Shown here piece by piece: positions 59,266-64,000 of a DNA stretch of 64,000 nucleotides (position 1 is the stretch's first letter; each line of letters opens with the position of its first letter). The translations under genes and the position numbers were made by a program. Source of the DNA: an uncultured Bacilli bacterium (GTDB lineage Bacteria; Bacillota_I; Bacilli_A; RF39; UBA660); NCBI GenBank assembly GCA_944331895.1, contig CALVIX010000001.1:105545-169544 (forward strand), read 5' to 3'. A model generated the notes under the pieces. The model was not told the origin of the DNA and searched no databases. It saw only the letters and a program-made list of their open reading frames with translations.

Positions 59266-59727
59266 TTATCTTCTATATTGGTAACCTTCCCCCATTTTAC
59301 GTTCATACTTAAACACTTGCATCAAATCCCTCTCGTCATCTCCATTGATTCTGACAAGACGTGCAAGCGTATCAAAGTGTGCATCTGTTACCTTGTATCC
59401 ATTGATACTTGGATCAGGTACTTCTATTAACAAACGATCACTATATTTTTCCATATTCACGTATCCAAAACAATGAATCAAAATATCTTTATATCCTAAT
59501 TGAATAGAGCGATATTTTGGATTATTCTGTTGAATTCTTTCATATTCTTTATCTAATTTTTTATTTAATTTATTTAAAACATAAATCTCTGCAAATTCAT
59601 CGTGGACAGCATCCATATTTCCTCTTTCTGTCACCTTTAAAAATTCACCATCAGGACTAATAAATCCATCCCATCCTTTTACTTTCTCTAAATCTTTTCC
59701 TTTATATCCTAATAAACAAACTCCCAT
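59266..59727 (-). CDS. Hypothetical cytoplasmic protein (153 aa)
   Basis: The start is the ATG at 59727 (MGVCLLGY) with RBS AAAGGAG. A promoter TTGACT-17-TATGAT lies upstream. I recognised no motif. Confidence 0.45.
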   Translation of the reverse strand: MGVCLLGYKGKDLEKVKGWDGFISPDGEFLKVTERGNMDAVHDEFAEIYVLNKLNKKLDKEYERIQQNNPKYRSIQLGYKDILIHCFGYVNMEKYSDRLLIEVPDPSINGYKVTDAHFDTLARLVRINGDDERDLMQVFKYERKMGEGYQYRR

Positions 59728-59786
59728 AATATTCTCCTTTCGCAAGAAGAATATCATACAAAATAATTTGATTTAAGTCAATAGAA

Positions 59787-59807
59787 AAGAGTACTTTTTG
59801 TACTCTT
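59787..59807 (-). terminator. Terminator after rbfA
   Basis: The 8-bp stem AAGAGTAC/GTACTCTT has loop TTTTT. Confidence 0.55.
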
Positions 59808-60154
59808 TATTCTTGATCCTCTTTATGAATTTCTTCGATGATGTCTTCTATTTTCTTCCCGTACTCGATTGATTCATCATAGACAAAATCAAGTTCTGGA
59901 ATATGTCTGATTTCTACTCGATTGGCAAGTTCTCTACGAATAAACCCCCTTGCTGCTTTTAAAGATCGCAACGTCTCATCTTTCTTATTTTGATCAAGCA
60001 CAGTAACGTATACTTTCGCATATCCTAAATCACTTGCTAATTTTACATTCGTTACAGTTACAAATTTAATATCTGGATCTTTTACTTCTGTCATTAAAAT
60101 ATAACTAATCTCTTTTTCTAGCATACTAGCTATTCTTTCTATTTTTATACTCAT
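59807..60154 (-). CDS. rbfA: Ribosome-binding factor A
   Basis: MSIKIERIASMLEKEIS...VTVTNVKLASDLGYAKVYVTV is the KH-like RbfA fold. The ATG is at 60154 with RBS AGGTGA. The six-frame start is a GTG codon. Confidence 0.85.
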   Translation of the reverse strand: MSIKIERIASMLEKEISYILMTEVKDPDIKFVTVTNVKLASDLGYAKVYVTVLDQNKKDETLRSLKAARGFIRRELANRVEIRHIPELDFVYDESIEYGKKIEDIIEEIHKEDQE

Positions 60155-60214
60155 TTTTATCACCTATTTTATTATATCATGACGAAAAGAAAAAAACTAT
60201 ATGAAGTCATATAG

Positions 60215-62338
60215 TTATCTTTCTATTTCTACCATTTCGTAGCACTCAATAACGTCTCCTACTTTGATATCGCTGTAATTTTCAATCGTAATTCCACATT
60301 CTAATCCTTTTTTTACTTCTCGGACAGAATCTTTCTCACGTTGTACAGAATTGATATTTCCATCATAAATAACAATTCCATCACGAATAATACGAGCTTT
60401 TGCTTCCCTTTTAATCACACCATCGCTTACATAACATCCAGCAATCGTTCCAACTTTAGAGAATTTAAACAACTGACGAACTTCAGCAGTTCCAGTTACT
60501 TTTTCTTCATATTCAGGCTCCAAAAGTCCCTTCATAGCAGCTTCCATTTCTTCCACTGCCTTATAAATGATATTGTAAAGACGAATTTCTACACCATTTT
60601 CTTTAGCAGAGTCTTTAATCTCACTACTTGGGCGAACATTAAATCCAATGATAATCGCATTGCTTGCCTTAGCAAGTACGACATCACTTTCCGTAATAGA
60701 ACCTACACTACTGCGAATCACTTTTACGCGAACATCTTCTACTTCTAGTTTTTCCAAAGAGTTTTTAACTGCTTCACTACTTCCGTTGACATCCGCTTTA
60801 ATGATTACGTTGATTTCTTTCACTCCCTCTTGAATCTTTGAGAATAAATCATCTAAACTCATAGCTGTCTTTTCACTTCTAGATTTAGTTTTTGCTTGTT
60901 CTTTTCGCTGTTCTCCAATACTACGTGCTTGTTTCTCTGTCTCAAATGCCATAAACTTATCACCAGCACCTGGAACATCGTTCAATCCTGTAATCGTAAC
61001 TGGTTTAGAAGGTCCTGCTTCCATGATTTCTACACCAGCATCATTTTTCAATGAACGAACCTTTCCATATGCAGTTCCAACGACGATTGGATCCCCTAGG
61101 CGAAGGGTTCCGTTTTGAATCAACATCGTAACAACAGGTCCTAAATGTTTATCTAGTCTAGATTCTACAACAGTTCCACTCGCATATCGACTTGGATTGG
61201 CACGATAATTTTGCATATCAGCAACAAGTAAAATATTATCTAATAATTCTCCAATACCATCTCCAGTAGATGCTATGATCTTATTATATAGAGTATCTCC
61301 ACCCCATTCCTCTGGTGTAAGACCATACTCCGTTAATTCCGTCATAATTCTTTCTGGATTTGCACCAGGCTTATCCATCTTGTTAATGGCAACAATAATT
61401 GGTACTCCTGCCGCTTTTGCGTGATCGATCGCTTCTTTCGTCTGTGGCATAACTCCATCATCTGCAGCGATGATAATGATGATGATATCTGTAATAGACG
61501 CTCCACGTGCACGCATTTCTGTAAAAGCCGCATGTCCCGGTGTATCGATGAAAGTAATTGGCTTCCCAGCATGTTCTACTTGATAAGCGCTGATTGCTTG
61601 CGTAATTCCACCAGCTTCTCCACCTGCGACATTCGTCTTACGAATTGTATCCAACAACGTCGTCTTACCGTGATCGACATGTCCCATGATCGTAACAACT
61701 GGAGCACGTTCTACTAAATCTTCCTCACGATCGGTAATTTCAAACTCTTCAAAGTTTGTAACATCCGCTGTCTCTTCTCTTTTTAATTCTTTATCGTAAT
61801 CTAATATTAGCACCTCTGCATTTTCATAAGAAATAGGTGTATTGATATTACACATAACGCCTAAGACAAATAGTTTTTTTATCAATTCTGCAGCTGGCAC
61901 ATGCAATGCATCTGCCAAGTCTTTAATTGTCATATTTTCTTTGTAAAACACAATATGATCATCATTGACAGGTGCATTAGAAACAAGCTTCTCTTTATGT
62001 TTATACATTTGCTTTCTCTTGTTAGCTAAATCTTTCTTACTTCCGGCAAATGCAGGCTTTTTATCGACTCTCTTTTTTAATTTTTGCTTTTTTATAGTAT
62101 TATCTACCTCTATTTTTTCTTGTTCGATAATATCTTCTACGAGATCTTCTAAAGCTTCTTCCTCTGTCTTATCTTCATCTACCATCTCCGAATTGATCGT
62201 ATTATCTAATTCTACAATCGCATCTTCATCCAGTAAATCATCTTCACTCTCTGCCTCTATTCCGAGTGTTTTACAAGCTTTTAATACTTCATCAACTGTT
62301 TTATTGATATCCTCTGCATACTCTAGCACACTCATCAT
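60215..62338 (-). CDS. infB: Translation initiation factor IF-2
   Basis: The G-domain has [17 protein letters not shown] and NKMD, followed by the C-terminal beta-barrels. The start was placed at the ATG at 62338 ([14 protein letters not shown]), with RBS AGAGGTGA. Confidence 0.95.
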   Translation of the reverse strand: MMSVLEYAEDINKTVDEVLKACKTLGIEAESEDDLLDEDAIVELDNTINSEMVDEDKTEEEALEDLVEDIIEQEKIEVDNTIKKQKLKKRVDKKPAFAGSKKDLANKRKQMYKHKEKLVSNAPVNDDHIVFYKENMTIKDLADALHVPAAELIKKLFVLGVMCNINTPISYENAEVLILDYDKELKREETADVTNFEEFEITDREEDLVERAPVVTIMGHVDHGKTTLLDTIRKTNVAGGEAGGITQAISAYQVEHAGKPITFIDTPGHAAFTEMRARGASITDIIIIIIAADDGVMPQTKEAIDHAKAAGVPIIVAINKMDKPGANPERIMTELTEYGLTPEEWGGDTLYNKIIASTGDGIGELLDNILLVADMQNYRANPSRYASGTVVESRLDKHLGPVVTMLIQNGTLRLGDPIVVGTAYGKVRSLKNDAGVEIMEAGPSKPVTITGLNDVPGAGDKFMAFETEKQARSIGEQRKEQAKTKSRSEKTAMSLDDLFSKIQEGVKEINVIIKADVNGSSEAVKNSLEKLEVEDVRVKVIRSSVGSITESDVVLAKASNAIIIGFNVRPSSEIKDSAKENGVEIRLYNIIYKAVEEMEAAMKGLLEPEYEEKVTGTAEVRQLFKFSKVGTIAGCYVSDGVIKREAKARIIRDGIVIYDGNINSVQREKDSVREVKKGLECGITIENYSDIKVGDVIECYEMVEIER

Positions 62339-62357
62339 AAATATCACCTCTTTCTTT

Positions 62358-62618
62358 TTATTTTACAAAATCTTTTAATGATTCAAATATTTCATCTGGA
62401 ACATTTACTTCTAAATGTCTACTTAACACTCCTGACTTCTTTGCTTTTTCAAACACACTTAAATCTTTTTTTAAATATGCTCCTCGTCCATTCGTCTTAC
62501 CTGTCGTATCAATTACGACATTTCCTTCTGGCGTACGAACAACGCGAATAAGTTCTTGCTTTGGCAATTTCTCATGTGTGACAACACACGTTCTCATCGG
62601 TATTTTTTTTACTTTCAT
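62358..62618 (-). CDS. ylxR: YlxR-family (DUF448) RNA-binding protein
   Basis: [22 protein letters not shown]...GRGAYL is the conserved YlxR pattern. It occupies the canonical nusA-infB position. Confidence 0.7.
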   Translation of the reverse strand: MKVKKIPMRTCVVTHEKLPKQELIRVVRTPEGNVVIDTTGKTNGRGAYLKKDLSVFEKAKKSGVLSRHLEVNVPDEIFESLKDFVK

Positions 62619-62622
62619 AGGT

Positions 62623-63822
62623 TTATCCTTCGATTAAGTTAATTCCCATTTCTCTTGCTTGTTCGTATGTTTTCACATCAATTTTATATTTGGTTAAACG
62701 TGCTGCCAATCTAACATTTAATCCACGTTTCCCAATTGCCAAAGATAAATTGTCATTATCGACAATGACGATCGCTTCTCTTTTCTTTTCATCAGTAATT
62801 AAAACATGTAGATTTTTGGCTGGACTAAGTGCAGCTTCAATAAATTTCATATCGTCGTTATCATATGGAATCACGTCAATTTTCTCTCCGTTTAATTCAC
62901 TGATAATACGATTGATTCTGCTTCCGTGTTCTCCGATACAAGATCCTACCGGATCGACATTTGCTAATTCACTAGAAACAGCAATCTTCGTTCTAACTCC
63001 AGCCTCACGAGCGACACTATGAACGAGAATAATACCTTCTTGAATCTCTGGAATTTCTAACTCGAATAATCTCTTTACAAATCCATAGTGACTTCTAGAT
63101 AGTAAAATAAGTGGCCCCTTCGTATTATTCTCAACTTTTGTAATGTATACTTTAATACTAGATCCCATTTTCACAGTCTCACCAGGAATAATCTCTGACT
63201 TTGGTAAAATTCCCTGTGTCTTTCCTAGATCGATATAGTAATTGCGAACATCTTCCATAGCTACAGTTCCTGTAACCATTTCATCTTGTTTATCGTTAAA
63301 TTCCTCAATAATATTATTTCTTTCAGCTTCGCGAATTTTTTGAACGACAACTTGTTTTGCTGTCGAAGCAGCGACACGACCAAAATCTTTTGGTGTAACT
63401 TCTTCTTCGATCGTCTCACCAATTTCGATTCCTGGCACAAGTTTTTGTGCTTGCGCTAATGTTAAATGAATTCGTTCATCGAATTTAATCTCTTTTGGTG
63501 GTTCTTCTACAATCGGATTCCCATCTTCATCTAACTGTGGTTCCTCCTCAGTCTCTTCATCGTGTGCATCATACCACTCATCGATTTCTTTTCCGTTGAT
63601 TAACCCATATTCATCTGGATCATTTACAACTGTTTTATATGAATATACGTGAATTTCTCCTGATTCAGGATCGATATTTACCCTGACATTAGAAAGAGAA
63701 TTATAATTCTTTTTATATGCTGAAGTAAGTGCTAATTCCATTGCATCATATATTACTTTTTCATCTATTCCCTTTTCTTTCACTAACAAATCTACTGCTT
63801 TCTTAAATGCTTTAGCATCCAT
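62623..63822 (-). CDS. nusA: Transcription termination/antitermination factor NusA
   Basis: The N-terminal domain MDAKAFKKAVDLLVKEKGIDEKVIYDAMELAL is followed by S1 and two KH domains (GSCIGEHGSRINRI, IGKRGLNVRLAARL). The ATG at 63822 overlaps the rimP stop. Confidence 0.9.
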   Translation of the reverse strand: MDAKAFKKAVDLLVKEKGIDEKVIYDAMELALTSAYKKNYNSLSNVRVNIDPESGEIHVYSYKTVVNDPDEYGLINGKEIDEWYDAHDEETEEEPQLDEDGNPIVEEPPKEIKFDERIHLTLAQAQKLVPGIEIGETIEEEVTPKDFGRVAASTAKQVVVQKIREAERNNIIEEFNDKQDEMVTGTVAMEDVRNYYIDLGKTQGILPKSEIIPGETVKMGSSIKVYITKVENNTKGPLILLSRSHYGFVKRLFELEIPEIQEGIILVHSVAREAGVRTKIAVSSELANVDPVGSCIGEHGSRINRIISELNGEKIDVIPYDNDDMKFIEAALSPAKNLHVLITDEKKREAIVIVDNDNLSLAIGKRGLNVRLAARLTKYKIDVKTYEQAREMGINLIEG

Positions 63823-63823
63823 C

Positions 63824-64000
63824 TTATTCACAACCTTTCTCTTTCGAACAAACATCTAATATATAATTTTCCTCAATAGGATCTGCTTCATCTAAAATTG
63901 GATTAACTAGTTTACTAACAGCGACACAATCATCGACATCAATAAAACCATCTTTATCTATGATCAGCCGTAGAAACATCATACTACCTTCTTTTTCATA
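63824..64000 (-). CDS. rimP: Ribosome maturation factor RimP (partial; the 5' end lies beyond the window)
   Basis: The frame reads ...YEKEGSMMFLRLIIDKDGFIDVDDCVAVSKLVNPILDEADPIEENYILDVCS. This matches the RimP N-domain signature IDKDGGIDLDDC...LDEADPI. Confidence 0.6.
   Translation of the reverse strand, partial: YEKEGSMMFLRLIIDKDGFIDVDDCVAVSKLVNPILDEADPIEENYILDVCSKEKGCE

Noticed and set aside
63824-64000. Apparent shortness of RimP (no C-terminal domain before the nusA start)
   Set aside because: The frame ends 4 nt before the nusA ATG after the N-domain. This could be a genuinely short RimP typical of reduced Firmicutes. The gene is truncated by the window edge, so no pseudogene call is justified.

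Overview
This window is a low-GC (about 33% GC) Firmicutes chromosomal segment from a spore-forming lineage. Evidence for that lineage is Spo0A with upstream 0A boxes, an alpha/beta-type small acid-soluble spore protein (SASP) with a forespore-type promoter, and two T-box leaders. The likely taxon is Clostridia or Erysipelotrichia-like. About 60 genes are present and almost all lie on the minus strand; only clpP, rpsD and one hypothetical gene are on the plus strand.

Housekeeping content, listed left to right:
- mutM, xth, murI
- the copper operon csoR-copA-copZ, with a CsoR operator upstream
- serS behind a T-box leader
- a cation diffusion facilitator (CDF) transporter
- polA
- a fused MacB/FtsX-type ABC transporter
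- nrnA, ackA, a histidine phosphatase, lysS, an RDD-family membrane protein, dusB
- spo0A
- a split glycolytic cluster: gap, then a terminator and promoter, then pgk, a UPF0104 flippase-like gene, a GT4 glycosyltransferase, and tpiA
- clpP, the SASP gene, thiI, ezrA, rpsD
- a T-box leader followed by deoC and tyrS
- rbfA, infB, ylxR, nusA, and rimP (partial at the window edge)

The accessory, unexplained content is the interesting part.
1. A compact type VIIb-secretion-like locus sits immediately downstream of spo0A. It has an EssC/YukB FtsK-family ATPase and a YukD/EsaB ubiquitin-like protein but no recognisable EssB, EsaA or EssA. It is followed by a promoter-driven 214-aa helical protein, three small acidic helical proteins, and a CHAP-domain amidase that lacks a signal peptide.
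2. Adjacent to that locus is a surface-protein cluster: a repeat-containing 184-aa protein, 530-aa and 452-aa membrane-anchored proteins, and a phosphodiester-glycosidase-family protein.
3. A C39-like cysteine-peptidase protein, also without a signal peptide, has two small downstream genes and is wedged between gap and a uridine-kinase-like gene.
4. A Qnr-like pentapeptide-repeat protein lies next to the copper operon.

No rRNA gene, tRNA gene, CRISPR array, IS element or prophage gene was seen.
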